Assembly (NCBI GenBank): GCA_022792945.1
Contig: JAAWBZ010000083.1
Location: forward strand, 7,435 to 71,434
Direction: 5' to 3'
DNA from: Oscillospiraceae bacterium
Lineage (GTDB): Bacteria > Bacillota > Clostridia > Oscillospirales > Oscillospiraceae
DNA length: 64,000 bases
Shown here: positions 46,865 through 56,898 of the stretch, one piece after another
How positions within the stretch are numbered: the first letter of the stretch is position 1
How the letters are laid out: each line of letters starts with the position of its first letter
Program-made: the position numbers and the translations under genes
The notes under the pieces: model-generated
Databases searched by the model: none
Told to the model about the DNA's origin: nothing
Seen by the model: only the letters and a program-made list of their open reading frames with translations

Positions 46865-47035
46865 AAAGATCGCCTCCTGTCGTTCCCTCTAGTGTACACG
46901 AAACCGCGGGCAAACACAAGTAAAACCTGATATTTTACTTTTTCCGCCAAATGTGCTATGATAGTACGACCGGGCGTTCCCGCCCGCCAGTTTGCCGCAT
47001 ACCGGCGCGTCTGCCGGGAAAGGACGGAGCTTAAT

Positions 47036-48295
47036 TTGAACGAACGAAGAGAGATTTTGCCGGGCGTGTTCCTCACGACGGTACAGAGTACGAAATTCAA
47101 GACCGGCTGTTTCAGCCTCTCCCTGCTGCGCCCCCTGCGGCGGGAGGAGGCCTCGGCCAACGCCCTGATCCCCACGGTGCTGCTGCGGGGCTGCGGCGGC
47201 TATCCCGATATCCGGGCCATCTCGGCGTTTCTGGACGACCGCTACGGCGCCAGCGTCGGCACGCTGGTGCGGAAAAAGGGCGAGGTCCAGGCGGTGGGCT
47301 TCTATGCCGACTTCCTGGAGGACCGCTTCGCCCTGGCGGGCGAGGAGATTTTGGCGCCCATGCTCCGCTTTGTGGGCCGGCTGCTGCTGGACCCGGTGTT
47401 GGAGCAGGGACGATTCGTCGAGGCGTGGGTGGAGGGCGAGAAGCAGAACCTCATCAACGCCATCGAGTCCCGCATCAACGACAAGCGCAGCTACGCCGTC
47501 TCGCAGCTGCTCAAATCAATGTGCGAAGGGGAGGCCTACGGTGTGCCGCGCCTGGGCGACCGGGCGGACGTGGAGGCGCTGGACGCGGCGGGGCTGTACC
47601 GCCACTACCAGCACATCCTGGCGCATTCCCGGGTGGAAATTTTCTATCACGGCAGCTGCGCCGATGCCGTGGAGCCGCTGCTGCGGGAGATTCTCCGGGA
47701 CCTGCCGCGCCAGACGCCGGATGCCTACGGCACCCAGGTCGTCGCCCGGGCCGGGGCGCCGAAGCTGATCCGCGAGGCCATGGACGTGACCCAGGGGAAG
47801 CTCTCCATGGGCCTGCGCCTGGGCTGCACGGCGGCGGACCCGGAATATCCGGCGGCGCTTTTGATGAACGCTGTCTATGGCAACGGCGTCACCAGCAAGC
47901 TGTTCCTCAATGTCCGCGAGCGCATGAGCCTGTGCTACTACGCCGGCTCGTCTATTGAGAAATTCAAGGGCGTGATGGTGATCTCCTCGGGCGTCGAGTT
48001 CTCGCAGTTCGAGACGGCCAAGGAGGAAATTCTCCGCCAGCTGGACCTGGTGCGCCAGGGCGAGATCACCGAAGAGGAGCTGGAGGCCGCCCGCCGCTTC
48101 CTGCTCTCGTCCCTCAAGACCGGCATGGACAGCCCCGCGCGGCTGGACGACTACGCCATCGGTCAGGCCATCCTGGGCCAAAGCGGCACCATGGCGGACC
48201 TGGCAGAGCGGCTGCGCGCCGTCACGCCGGAGGGGACCGCCGCCGCGGCGCGGCAGGTGAGCTTGGACACCGTCTATTTCCTGGAGGGGGCATGA
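47036..48295 (+). CDS. M16 family peptidase-like protein (YmfF/YfmF, no HxxEH)
   Basis: TTG 47036; TKFKT, QGKLSMG and SKLFLNVRERMSLCYY motifs; paired with the next gene. Confidence 0.88.
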   Translation: MNERREILPGVFLTTVQSTKFKTGCFSLSLLRPLRREEASANALIPTVLLRGCGGYPDIRAISAFLDDRYGASVGTLVRKKGEVQAVGFYADFLEDRFALAGEEILAPMLRFVGRLLLDPVLEQGRFVEAWVEGEKQNLINAIESRINDKRSYAVSQLLKSMCEGEAYGVPRLGDRADVEALDAAGLYRHYQHILAHSRVEIFYHGSCADAVEPLLREILRDLPRQTPDAYGTQVVARAGAPKLIREAMDVTQGKLSMGLRLGCTAADPEYPAALLMNAVYGNGVTSKLFLNVRERMSLCYYAGSSIEKFKGVMVISSGVEFSQFETAKEEILRQLDLVRQGEITEEELEAARRFLLSSLKTGMDSPARLDDYAIGQAILGQSGTMADLAERLRAVTPEGTAAAARQVSLDTVYFLEGA

Positions 48296-49575
48296 GCATG
48301 AGAGAATATCGCTTTCCGGACCTGAACGAATCGTATTTTGAAGAAATTCTGCCCAACGGTCTGCGCGTCCGCGCGGTGCCGAAGCCGGATTTTGCCAAAA
48401 CCTTTTCCTTCTTCGCAGCCGACTACGGCGCCATCGACACGCGCTTTACCCTGGACGGCAGGGCTGTCCAAACGCCCGACGGCGTGGCCCACTACCTGGA
48501 GCACAAGATGTTCGACATGCCCCGCGGCAACGTGATGCAGGAGTTCTCCAGTATGGGCGGCTCGCCCAACGCCTTCACCGGCTACGCCATGACCGCCTAC
48601 CACGTAGAGTCCACTGAGCAGTGGCAGGACAATCTGCGGCTTCTTCTGCGCTTTGTCTCCACGCCCTACTTTACCAATGAGAGTGTGGACAAGGAGCGGG
48701 GCATCATCGCCCAGGAGATCCGGATGTACGAGGACAGCGCCGATTCGCGGCTCTACGAGAATCTGTTCACCGCCCTCTTCGACCATCATCCCATCCGCGT
48801 GCCCATCGCCGGGACCGTGGAGAGCATCCAGGCCATTACCGCAAAGACTCTTTCTGATTGCCACCGGGCTTTCTATAACCCCGCGGGCATGATGCTCTGC
48901 GTGGCGGGGCCGGTGGACCCGCGGGAGGTGGCGGACATCGCCAGGGCCGTCCTGCCGGAGACGCCGGGCCAGGCCGCCGGGCGGGACTACGGCCCGCCGG
49001 AGGCGCTGACGGGCCACCGCAGCCGCGTGGAGACGAAGATGGAGGTCTCCATGCCTGGCTTCACCATCGGCTTCAAATGCCTCGCCCCCCAGCCTGGACC
49101 CGACACGCTCCGGCAGGAGCTGCTGGGGGATCTGGCGGCGGAGCTGCTGGTGGGCGAGTCCACGGTGCTCTACACGCGGCTCTATGAGGACGGCCTCATC
49201 GACAGCGACTTTTCCGCCGGGTACGAGGGGGTCAAGGGCATCGGCCTTATCACCGCCAGCGGCGACAGCCGCCGCCCGGAGCTGGTGCAGGAGGCGCTGT
49301 TCGAGGAGGTGCGGCGCATCGCCCGGGAGGGCGCGGACGGGGCGCTCTTTGAGCAGCTCAAGCGCTCGGCCTTCGGCCGGCGGGTGCGGGGGCTTGACAG
49401 CTTTGAGAATATTTGCTACCGTATGTGTCAGTGCTGCTTCGAGGGCGCGGAGTACTACGATTTCCCCGCGCTCTACCGCTCCATCCGCCGCGCCGAGGCC
49501 GAGGAGCTGATCGCCTCGGCCATCGTGCCGGAGCGGGCGGCCATTTCCATCGTCTATCCCAAAGAAAAGGTGTGA
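48292..49575 (+). CDS. M16 family zinc peptidase (YmfH/YfmH)
   Basis: DGVAHYLEHKMF (HxxEH), NAFT and KERGIIAQEIRMY motifs. Confidence 0.92.
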   Translation: MSMREYRFPDLNESYFEEILPNGLRVRAVPKPDFAKTFSFFAADYGAIDTRFTLDGRAVQTPDGVAHYLEHKMFDMPRGNVMQEFSSMGGSPNAFTGYAMTAYHVESTEQWQDNLRLLLRFVSTPYFTNESVDKERGIIAQEIRMYEDSADSRLYENLFTALFDHHPIRVPIAGTVESIQAITAKTLSDCHRAFYNPAGMMLCVAGPVDPREVADIARAVLPETPGQAAGRDYGPPEALTGHRSRVETKMEVSMPGFTIGFKCLAPQPGPDTLRQELLGDLAAELLVGESTVLYTRLYEDGLIDSDFSAGYEGVKGIGLITASGDSRRPELVQEALFEEVRRIAREGADGALFEQLKRSAFGRRVRGLDSFENICYRMCQCCFEGAEYYDFPALYRSIRRAEAEELIASAIVPERAAISIVYPKEKV

Positions 49576-49580
49576 GTCTC

Positions 49581-50498
49581 ATGTTTCTCGCTTCCCCGAT
49601 CTCCTTCCCCAACCTGGGAATCACCGTGAACCCGTCCCGGGTGGCTTTCACGGTGTTTGGAAAGGACATCTACTGGTATGGCATCATCATTGCCGTGGGC
49701 TTCATCCTGGCGGCGGTCTACGCCTGCCGCCGCGCGCCGCAGTTCGGCCTGACGGAGGAGCATGTGCTGGATCTGCTGTTCATCGCGGTGCCCTTCGCCA
49801 TCGTGTTCGCGCGGCTGTACTACTGCGTCTTTTACTGGGACCTCTACCGGGACAACCCCGTCTCCATCCTCTATATCTGGGAGGGGGGCCTTGCCATCTA
49901 CGGCGGCGTCATCGGCGCGGTGCTGGGCCTGATGATCTACACGAAATTCAAGAAGATCCCCCCGGGGCCGCTGATGGACCTGGGGGGCCTGGGTCTGCTG
50001 ATCGGGCAGCTGATCGGCCGCTGGGGCAATTTCGTCAACCGCGAGGCCCACGGCTCGATCACGGACGGCTTCTTCAAAATGGGCCTGGTGAACGCCGCCG
50101 GCGAAACGGTGTACTACCATCCCACCTTCCTCTATGAGTCGGTGTGGAATCTCGCGGGCTTCGTGCTGCTGCATTTCTATTCCAGGAAGCGGCGGCGCTA
50201 CGACGGGGAGATCTTCACCATGTACATCGCCTGGTACGGCCTGGGCCGCAGCTGGATCGAGGGCCTGCGGACGGACAGCCTGTACCTCTTCGGCACGGGC
50301 CTGCGGGTGAGCCAGCTGCTGGCGGTGCTCTCATGCCTGGCGGCGGTGAGTCTGCTGGTCTGGAAGCTCTACGTCCGTCCGGCGGACCCGGAGCGGATGC
50401 TGGCGCGGCGGATGGAGAAAAAAGTCGAGGCCGCCGTGGAAGCTGCGGGAACAAATTGGAAGGAAAGCTCGTCAGAAGATACGGAAACGGAAAAATAG
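49581..50498 (+). CDS. lgt: Prolipoprotein diacylglyceryl transferase
   Basis: YWYG, ARLYY, GGLAIYGG, GRWGNFVNREAHG and HPTFLYES motifs. Confidence 0.95.
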   Translation: MFLASPISFPNLGITVNPSRVAFTVFGKDIYWYGIIIAVGFILAAVYACRRAPQFGLTEEHVLDLLFIAVPFAIVFARLYYCVFYWDLYRDNPVSILYIWEGGLAIYGGVIGAVLGLMIYTKFKKIPPGPLMDLGGLGLLIGQLIGRWGNFVNREAHGSITDGFFKMGLVNAAGETVYYHPTFLYESVWNLAGFVLLHFYSRKRRRYDGEIFTMYIAWYGLGRSWIEGLRTDSLYLFGTGLRVSQLLAVLSCLAAVSLLVWKLYVRPADPERMLARRMEKKVEAAVEAAGTNWKESSSEDTETEK

Positions 50499-50580
50499 TT
50501 CTTTATTGTTTGGGAAACCGGTGGTATAATAGGTCCATCATAGGTATGCCCCGGAAATCTGGAAAGGAGCGAAAAAATTT

Positions 50581-51057
50581 ATGTCATCCATGTCGTTCAA
50601 TGAGTGCATCGAGACCATCAAGGACAAAGCCGTCGAGGGCGCGCAGACCGCCGTCCGCAAGACCAAGCAGCTGGCCGGCATTGCCAAGGCCAACCTGGAC
50701 ATCCGCGCCGAGGAGGAGAAGATCAAGAAGGCGCAGATGGAGCTGGGCAAGCTGTACTACAAGGACTACATCGTCGGCGAGGAGCCGGATGCAGCGGAGT
50801 ACACCCCTTGGTGCGAGAAAATCTCCGAGTCCAAGATCGCCATCGAGGACCTGAAGATCGCCATCGAGGAGCTGCGCGCTGCAGGCGCGAAGTGCGAGGA
50901 AGCCTGCGGGGCTGAGGACGTCTGCGAGGCGCCCTGTGAGGAAGAGGATGCACCCGCTGCGTGCTGCTGCGAGGATGCCCCCGCGGAGGAGGATGCCCCC
51001 TGCTGCTGCTGCGAGGAAGCTCCCGCGGAGACCGAGGAGGAAACGCCTGAGGCGTGA
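50581..51057 (+). CDS. Hypothetical coiled-coil protein with Cys/Glu-rich C-terminal tail
   Basis: Own extended -10 (TGGTATAAT), AAGGAG SD and terminator; ELGKLYY coiled-coil core; CCC and CCCC clusters in the tail. Confidence 0.85.
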   Translation: MSSMSFNECIETIKDKAVEGAQTAVRKTKQLAGIAKANLDIRAEEEKIKKAQMELGKLYYKDYIVGEEPDAAEYTPWCEKISESKIAIEDLKIAIEELRAAGAKCEEACGAEDVCEAPCEEEDAPAACCCEDAPAEEDAPCCCCEEAPAETEEETPEA

Positions 51058-51067
51058 CCGGAAATCG

Positions 51068-51102
51068 AAAAACGGTATGGCCCTTGGCCATACCGTTTTT
51101 TT
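51068..51102. terminator. Bidirectional intrinsic terminator
   Basis: AAAAACGGTATGGCC-CTT-GGCCATACCGTTTTTTT. Confidence 0.9.
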
Positions 51103-51104
51103 GC

Positions 51105-52265
51105 CTATAAGCTCAGCATTCCGCTGAACAGCCGCTCCAGCACCAGGCACACTGCGCCGTACAGCGGCACGCGGTCGCCGAAGGTGGAGCGAAAAAAGCG
51201 GAATTTTCTCGAGTCCTTCAGAACGCTGATGCGGTTGAGCGTGCGCTCCATGGAGGTCATGATCTCTTCGGGCATGTGGCACCCAGCATGGCCGAGGATG
51301 ATGGTGGAGACGTCGATGATGTTGATAAAGCTGTTCAGCGCGTAGGTCAGCTGCTTGGAGCAGCCGTACAGCACCGAATACGCCCGGGATGAGACACGGC
51401 AGAACTCCATGGCCTCGGCGAAGGTGGTGAAATGGGTGCAGCACTCCTCGTTGATCTGCCAGAGAATGCTGGTGGCGCTGGCGTACAGCTCCAGGCAGCC
51501 GCGGCTGCCGCAGGTGCACTTGGGGCCGTTGTAGTCGATGCTCAGGTGCCCCAGCTCACCGCTGGAGTTGACCAGCTGGTGGTTGGCGATCACCGCCGAG
51601 CCGATGCCGTTGTCCACGCCCACATAGAGGAAATCGTCCTCCAGCTGCCCGTGGCCGAAGTACAGCTCCGCCAGTCCCGACGCCTGCATATCGTTGCCTA
51701 CAAAGACGGGGAAGGGGAACCGCTCCTGCAAATAAGGCCGCAGGGGCATGGAGAGGATGTCAAAAAAGTCGGTGACATAGCGGATGGCGCCGGCCTGCAT
51801 GTCGATGACGCCCACCGCCGCCAGCCCCATGCCCAATATCCGCCGGGACGTGGACGCAGCCAGCTCGGCGGTCAGCGCGCCCAGCTTCTCCAGGATGGTT
51901 TCCTCCGTCTCCTGCCGCTGGAAGGGGACCTTTTTCTCGCACAGGGTCTGCAATGCCAGGTCGGACACCGTGCCATAGAGGAAGTCCTTGGACAGCCACA
52001 CCCCCAGCACCACCGGCGACTGGGGCGCAAGGACCAGGATTTTCGGGCTGCGTCCCACGCCCTTTTTGTTGTCAGGTGAATCTGCCTCCGTGATGACGCC
52101 CATGCTCAGAAGCTCCGAGGTCAGGTTGGTCACGGTCATGGTGGAGAGCTGCGCGATGCGGGCCAGCTTGTGGCGGGTCATGGCGTGGCCGGTGCAGATG
52201 TTCTGCAGGATCAGCGAACGGTTGAATTCCTTGACGCCCACCAGGTTCAAACCGGATTTTTTCAT
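51105..52265 (-). CDS. ROK family transcriptional regulator
   Basis: ATG 52265; HTH (NRSLIL...LSTMTVTNLTSEL...GRSP), GND, GIGSA and GELGH...CTCGSRGCLELYAS motifs. Confidence 0.92.
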   Translation of the reverse strand: MKKSGLNLVGVKEFNRSLILQNICTGHAMTRHKLARIAQLSTMTVTNLTSELLSMGVITEADSPDNKKGVGRSPKILVLAPQSPVVLGVWLSKDFLYGTVSDLALQTLCEKKVPFQRQETEETILEKLGALTAELAASTSRRILGMGLAAVGVIDMQAGAIRYVTDFFDILSMPLRPYLQERFPFPVFVGNDMQASGLAELYFGHGQLEDDFLYVGVDNGIGSAVIANHQLVNSSGELGHLSIDYNGPKCTCGSRGCLELYASATSILWQINEECCTHFTTFAEAMEFCRVSSRAYSVLYGCSKQLTYALNSFINIIDVSTIILGHAGCHMPEEIMTSMERTLNRISVLKDSRKFRFFRSTFGDRVPLYGAVCLVLERLFSGMLSL

Positions 52266-52795
52266 AGGACGGCCCCTCCCAAAGCGCCGGGGCGGAAGGG
52301 GCGCGGCGCGTCCTGGGCGTAGTCCAGGTACTGAAAGGCGACGCCCTGCTCCTCCAGAACCTCCGAGGCCCAGGTCTGCCGCCATTCCGGCAGCGCGTCC
52401 AGGTCGGGGAAGAACTGGTCGGCCCTGGGCCGCAGGAAGGTGCGGGTGATCCGCGCCTGGGCGCAGTAGGGGAGCAGCTGGGCATAGACGCTGGCGCCGC
52501 CGATGACCCAGACGTCCTCCAGCCCCGCGCAGCGCGCTGCCAGCGCATCAAGGCTGTGGAGTACCTCGGCCCCGGGGATCTCCAGGGCGCAGTCAGTGGA
52601 GAGCACCAGATGGGTGCGGTTGGGCAGGGGACGGCCGCCGGGAAAGGTGAGAAGCGTCTTGCGGCCCAGGATCACGGTCCCGCCGGAGGTCAGAGCGCGA
52701 AAACGCCGGAGATCGGCGGAGAGGGACACCAGCAGCCGGTTTTCCAGGCCGATGCCCCAGTCCTCAGTGACGTTGACGATGCAGTTCATAGGCAT
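52262..52795 (-). CDS. folA: Dihydrofolate reductase
   Basis: WGIG, DLRRFR, VILGRKT, PLPNR, VIGGASVY and ADQFFP motifs. Confidence 0.94.
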   Translation of the reverse strand: MPMNCIVNVTEDWGIGLENRLLVSLSADLRRFRALTSGGTVILGRKTLLTFPGGRPLPNRTHLVLSTDCALEIPGAEVLHSLDALAARCAGLEDVWVIGGASVYAQLLPYCAQARITRTFLRPRADQFFPDLDALPEWRQTWASEVLEEQGVAFQYLDYAQDAPRPFRPGALGGAVL

Positions 52796-52798
52796 ACC

Positions 52799-53629
52799 TC
52801 ACACGGCGACCGGGATCTTCTGGTCGAAGGGGGAGAAGCGATAGTCCGCCAGGGAGAAGCTGTCCACCGTGAAATCATAGAAATTCTCAATGGCTTCGTC
52901 CATCCGGAAGGTTGGCGCGTCGTAGGCCGCGTTCTCCAGCAGCCGCTCCACCATGGGCACATGACGGTCGTAGATGTGGCAGTCGGCGATGACGTGGACC
53001 AGCTCGCCGGCCCGGAGGCCGGACACCTGGGCCAGCATGTGCACCAGGACGGCGTACTGCACCACGTTCCAGTTGTTGGCGGTGAGCATATCCTGGGAGC
53101 GCTGGTTCAAAATGGCGTTGAGGGTGTCCCCGGAGACGTTGAAGGTCATGGAGTAGGCGCAGGGATAGAGGTTCATCGCGTGGAGATCCGCAAAATTGTA
53201 GAGATTGGTAAGGATGCGGCGGCTGGCGGGGTGGTTCCGGAGATCGTAGAGCACCCGGTCCACCTGGTCGAACAGCCCCTCGGGATACTGGTGCTTGATG
53301 CCCAGCTGATAGCCGTAGGCCTTGCCGATGGTGCCGTCCCCGCCGGCCCAGGCGTCCCAGACGTGGCTTCCCAGGTCGGCGATACGGTTGGACTTTTTCT
53401 GCCAGATCCACAAAAGCTCGTCGATGCAGGAACGGAACGCCGTGCGGCGGAGCGTCATGATGGGAAACTCCCGGGAGAGGTCGTAGCGGTTGACCACGCC
53501 GAAGAGCTTGACGGTGTGGGCAGGCGCGCCGTCGTCCCAGCGGGGGCGGACGGCCTGGTCGGTGTCCCAGACGCCGCGGGAGAGGATTGCATGGCAGTTT
53601 TGGCGGTAGACTTCATCGGCGTAGCTCAT
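52799..53629 (-). CDS. thyA: Thymidylate synthase
   Basis: ATG 53629; ELLWIW, SRRI, LYPC, QRSQD and HIYDRH motifs. Confidence 0.96.
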   Translation of the reverse strand: MSYADEVYRQNCHAILSRGVWDTDQAVRPRWDDGAPAHTVKLFGVVNRYDLSREFPIMTLRRTAFRSCIDELLWIWQKKSNRIADLGSHVWDAWAGGDGTIGKAYGYQLGIKHQYPEGLFDQVDRVLYDLRNHPASRRILTNLYNFADLHAMNLYPCAYSMTFNVSGDTLNAILNQRSQDMLTANNWNVVQYAVLVHMLAQVSGLRAGELVHVIADCHIYDRHVPMVERLLENAAYDAPTFRMDEAIENFYDFTVDSFSLADYRFSPFDQKIPVAV

Positions 53630-53662
53630 GGCGGGGCCTCCTGTAAGGGGTATAGTTCCACT

Positions 53663-53691
53663 ATTATAGCACACCTGCGGGCAAAATGGAA
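53663..53691 (-). promoter_or_regulatory. Sigma-A promoter for thyA-folA-ROK
   Basis: Minus strand TTCCAT-17-TATAAT with TGn extension. Confidence 0.7.
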
Positions 53692-53752
53692 CAGGCAGCG
53701 GACGTTTTTGAAATTTCGGATCGGGCCGCCAGCGGGAAATGCCGCTTGAATC

Positions 53753-53781
53753 TTGACTTTCCCCTTGGGGCAGACTAGAAT
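53753..53781 (+). promoter_or_regulatory. Sigma-A promoter for the Mrp gene
   Basis: TTGACT-17-TAGAAT. Confidence 0.8.
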
Positions 53782-53817
53782 AGTAAAAAACAAACAGTGG
53801 AAAAGGAGTTTTTGATC

Positions 53818-54645
53818 ATGAGCGAAGCGTGCTCCGGCAATTGTTCCTCCTGCGGCAGAAGCGACTGCGGCAGCCGCTCCCAGGAGAGCCTGCTGGCCCC
53901 GGCCAACGCCGGGTCCCATGTGAAGAAAGTGATCGCCGTGGTGTCCGGCAAGGGCGGCGTGGGCAAATCCACGGTGACAAGCCTGCTGGCCTCGGCCATG
54001 GCCAAGGCCGGCCACAGCGTGGGCGTGCTGGACGCCGACATCACGGGTCCCTCGGCACCCAAGGCTTTCGGTGTCACCGAGTGCCGCGAGGCCAGAGAGG
54101 AGGGGATCGTACCGGCTCTCAGCGAGGGCGGCGTGCAGGTCATGTCCATCAACCTGCTGCTGGATGACGAGACGGCCCCGGTGCTCTGGCGCGGCCCCAT
54201 CCTGGGCGGCGCGGTCAAGCAGTTCTGGACCGACGTCATCTGGGGCGACGTGGACTACCTGTTTGTGGATATGCCCCCCGGCACCGGCGACGTGCCGCTG
54301 ACGGTGTTCCAGTCCCTGCCCATCGACGGCGTGGTCGTGGTGACAACCCCCCAGGACCTGGTGTCCATGATCGTGGCCAAGGCCGTGAACATGGCCCGGA
54401 TGATGCATGTTCCGGTGCTGGGGTTTGTGGAAAATTACAGCTATTTTGAGTGCCCCGACTGCGGAAAACGCGTGGAGGTCTTTGGCAAGAGCCACCTGGA
54501 CGCCCTGGCGGCGGAATACGGCGTGCCCATCCTGGCGCGCCTGCCCATCCAGGCGGAGGTCGCCGCGCTGGTGGACCAGGGGCGGATTGAGGAGGCCGAC
54601 GTACCCGCCCTGGCCGGCGCGGCGGCGGCTGTGGAGCGGCTGTAA
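53818..54645 (+). CDS. Mrp/NBP35 (ApbC) Fe-S cluster carrier ATPase
   Basis: N-terminal CSGNCSSC, SGKGGVGKS, WRGP, DMPPGTGD and CPDC motifs. Confidence 0.93.
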   Translation: MSEACSGNCSSCGRSDCGSRSQESLLAPANAGSHVKKVIAVVSGKGGVGKSTVTSLLASAMAKAGHSVGVLDADITGPSAPKAFGVTECREAREEGIVPALSEGGVQVMSINLLLDDETAPVLWRGPILGGAVKQFWTDVIWGDVDYLFVDMPPGTGDVPLTVFQSLPIDGVVVVTTPQDLVSMIVAKAVNMARMMHVPVLGFVENYSYFECPDCGKRVEVFGKSHLDALAAEYGVPILARLPIQAEVAALVDQGRIEEADVPALAGAAAAVERL

Positions 54646-54653
54646 CGGAGCGG

Positions 54654-54683
54654 ACGCCCCTTGCCGTGCCAGGGGGCGTTTTT
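54654..54683 (+). terminator. Possible intrinsic terminator between mrp and ppk1
   Basis: ACGCCCCT...GGGGGCGT followed by TTTT. Confidence 0.55.
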
Positions 54684-54710
54684 CCGGGAAATGAGAAGGA
54701 GGAGTATCTG

Positions 54711-56870
54711 ATGGCATCCAATGCGGAGAACGCCGCCGTTCCAGAGTACGGCTACACCCAAAACCGGGAGCTGAGCTGGCTTCGCTTCAACCGCCGCGTG
54801 CTGGAGGAGGCCGCGGACGAGACCGTGCCGCTGCTGGAACGGATGAAATACATCTCCATTTTCACCAGCAATCTCGACGAGTTCTTCATGATCCGGGTGG
54901 GGAGCCTGTTCGACCTGTCCCTGATGTCCCCGGAGGAGATCGACAACAAGAGCGGCATGACGCCCCGGGAGCAGCTGGAGCGTATTTACGAGGTGATTCC
55001 GGGTCTTGTGGAGCTGAAGGACCGGCTCTACGGCCAGGTCAGCGGGCAACTGGAAAAGCTGGATATCTGCGACCTGGGCGGGCGGGAGCAGCGGCCTGAG
55101 GAGCGCAAGTACATCAACCAGTATTTCAAGACCAAGGTCCTGCCCATCCTCTCGCCCCAGATCGTGGACAGCCACCACCCCTTTCCGCACCTGGGCAGCA
55201 AGGCGCTTTACATCGCGGCGCTCCTGCAGGATAAGAAGGGGAACCACTCCCTGGGCCTGGTCCCAGTGCCGGACGCTCTGCCGCCCTTTGTGACCATGCC
55301 CGACCGGCCGTCCCGTTTCATCCGGATGGAGGACGTGATCCTTCAGTGGGCGCCGACGCTGTTCGGCAGCTATAAGGTCCTAAATACCTGCGTCCTCTGC
55401 GTCACCCGCAACGCCGACATCGGATACGATGAGGAGAAGTTCGACGATGACGACGCGGATTTCCGCAACCGCATGAGCAAGCTCCTCAAGAAACGCTCGC
55501 ACCTGTCCATTGTCCGTCTGGAGATCAGCGGCGAGGCGGGCGGCGATTTCCTGAAGCTGCTCAAGCGGCGCATCGACGTGGACGACCACCAGATCTATTT
55601 CGACGAGGCGCCGCTGCGGATGAAGTACGTCTTTGCCCTGGAGCGCGCGCTGCCGGAGGAGCTGGCGCGGCCGCTCTACTTCGCGCCCTACGCCCCCCGC
55701 TGGCCCGAGGGGCTGGATGAGAAGCGGCCTATGATCGAGCAGATTCAAAAACGCGACCGGCTGCTGTTCTTCCCCTTCGACCGGGTAGACCCGTTTCTCC
55801 GCCTGCTCAGCGAGGCCGCGGAGCGGGAGGACGTGGTGTCCATCAAGATCACCATCTACCGCCTGGCCTCCTCCTCCAAGATCGCCCACATCCTCTGCCG
55901 CGCCGCGGAGAACGGCAAGGAGGTTACGGTGCTCATGGAGCTGCGCGCCCGCTTCGACGAGGCCAACAACATCTCCTGGTCGCGGCTCCTGGAGGACGCC
56001 GGCTGCCGGGTGATCTACGGCGTGGAGGACTTCAAGTGCCACAGCAAGATCTGCCTCATCACCCTGCGGGAGGGCGATCAGCTGCACTACATCACCCAGA
56101 TCGGCACCGGCAACTACAACGAAAAGACCAACACCCAGTATACCGACCTCAGCTTCATGACCGCCGCCGAGGACATCGGCGCGGACGGAACGGTATTCTT
56201 CCAGAACATGATGGTGGGCAATCTGGAGGGCTGCTACGATGAGCTGCTGGTGGCCCCGGTGGGGATCAAGAAGGACCTTTTGAAGCTGATCGACAAGGAG
56301 ATCGCCAAGGGTCCCGACGGCTATATCTGCATCAAGGCCAACTCCATGACCGAACGGCAGGTGATCGACAAGCTGTCTGAGGCATCCTGTGCCGGCGTGC
56401 AGGTGCGCCTGATTCTGCGGAGCATCTGCTGCCTGAGGCCGGGGATTCCGGGCAAAACGGAGAATATTCATGTGACCAGCATCGTGGGCCGCTTCCTGGA
56501 GCACGCGCGCATCTACTGCTTCGGACGGGGGGAGAAGGCGAAGCTGTTCATCGCCTCGGCGGACCTGATGACCCGGAATCTCAACCGCCGGGTGGAGATC
56601 GCCTGCCCCATCCGGGAGCCGCGTTTGAAGGAGAAGCTGCTGCTGATCCTCAACACGCAGCTGGCGGACAACGTCAAGGCCAGCACCTTGCAGGCGGACG
56701 GCTCGTATTTCCGCAAGAGCAGCGCCGCGGTGCGCAATGACAGCCAGCTCTACTTCATGGAGCACACCATCCACCAGCCCGAGCCGCCCGAGGCCCCTGC
56801 GCCCAAGGAGGCGGCGCCGGCCAAACGGCTGAAATCGCGGTGGAAGCGGCTGTTCGGCGGAAAATCATAG
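54711..56870 (+). CDS. ppk1: Polyphosphate kinase 1
   Basis: NRELSWLRFN, SNLDEFFMIRV, ELRARFDE, KCHSK, GTGNYN and GRFLEHAR motifs. Confidence 0.96.
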   Translation: MASNAENAAVPEYGYTQNRELSWLRFNRRVLEEAADETVPLLERMKYISIFTSNLDEFFMIRVGSLFDLSLMSPEEIDNKSGMTPREQLERIYEVIPGLVELKDRLYGQVSGQLEKLDICDLGGREQRPEERKYINQYFKTKVLPILSPQIVDSHHPFPHLGSKALYIAALLQDKKGNHSLGLVPVPDALPPFVTMPDRPSRFIRMEDVILQWAPTLFGSYKVLNTCVLCVTRNADIGYDEEKFDDDDADFRNRMSKLLKKRSHLSIVRLEISGEAGGDFLKLLKRRIDVDDHQIYFDEAPLRMKYVFALERALPEELARPLYFAPYAPRWPEGLDEKRPMIEQIQKRDRLLFFPFDRVDPFLRLLSEAAEREDVVSIKITIYRLASSSKIAHILCRAAENGKEVTVLMELRARFDEANNISWSRLLEDAGCRVIYGVEDFKCHSKICLITLREGDQLHYITQIGTGNYNEKTNTQYTDLSFMTAAEDIGADGTVFFQNMMVGNLEGCYDELLVAPVGIKKDLLKLIDKEIAKGPDGYICIKANSMTERQVIDKLSEASCAGVQVRLILRSICCLRPGIPGKTENIHVTSIVGRFLEHARIYCFGRGEKAKLFIASADLMTRNLNRRVEIACPIREPRLKEKLLLILNTQLADNVKASTLQADGSYFRKSSAAVRNDSQLYFMEHTIHQPEPPEAPAPKEAAPAKRLKSRWKRLFGGKS

Positions 56871-56898
56871 AATCATAGTCTTTCAGGAGCATCACACC

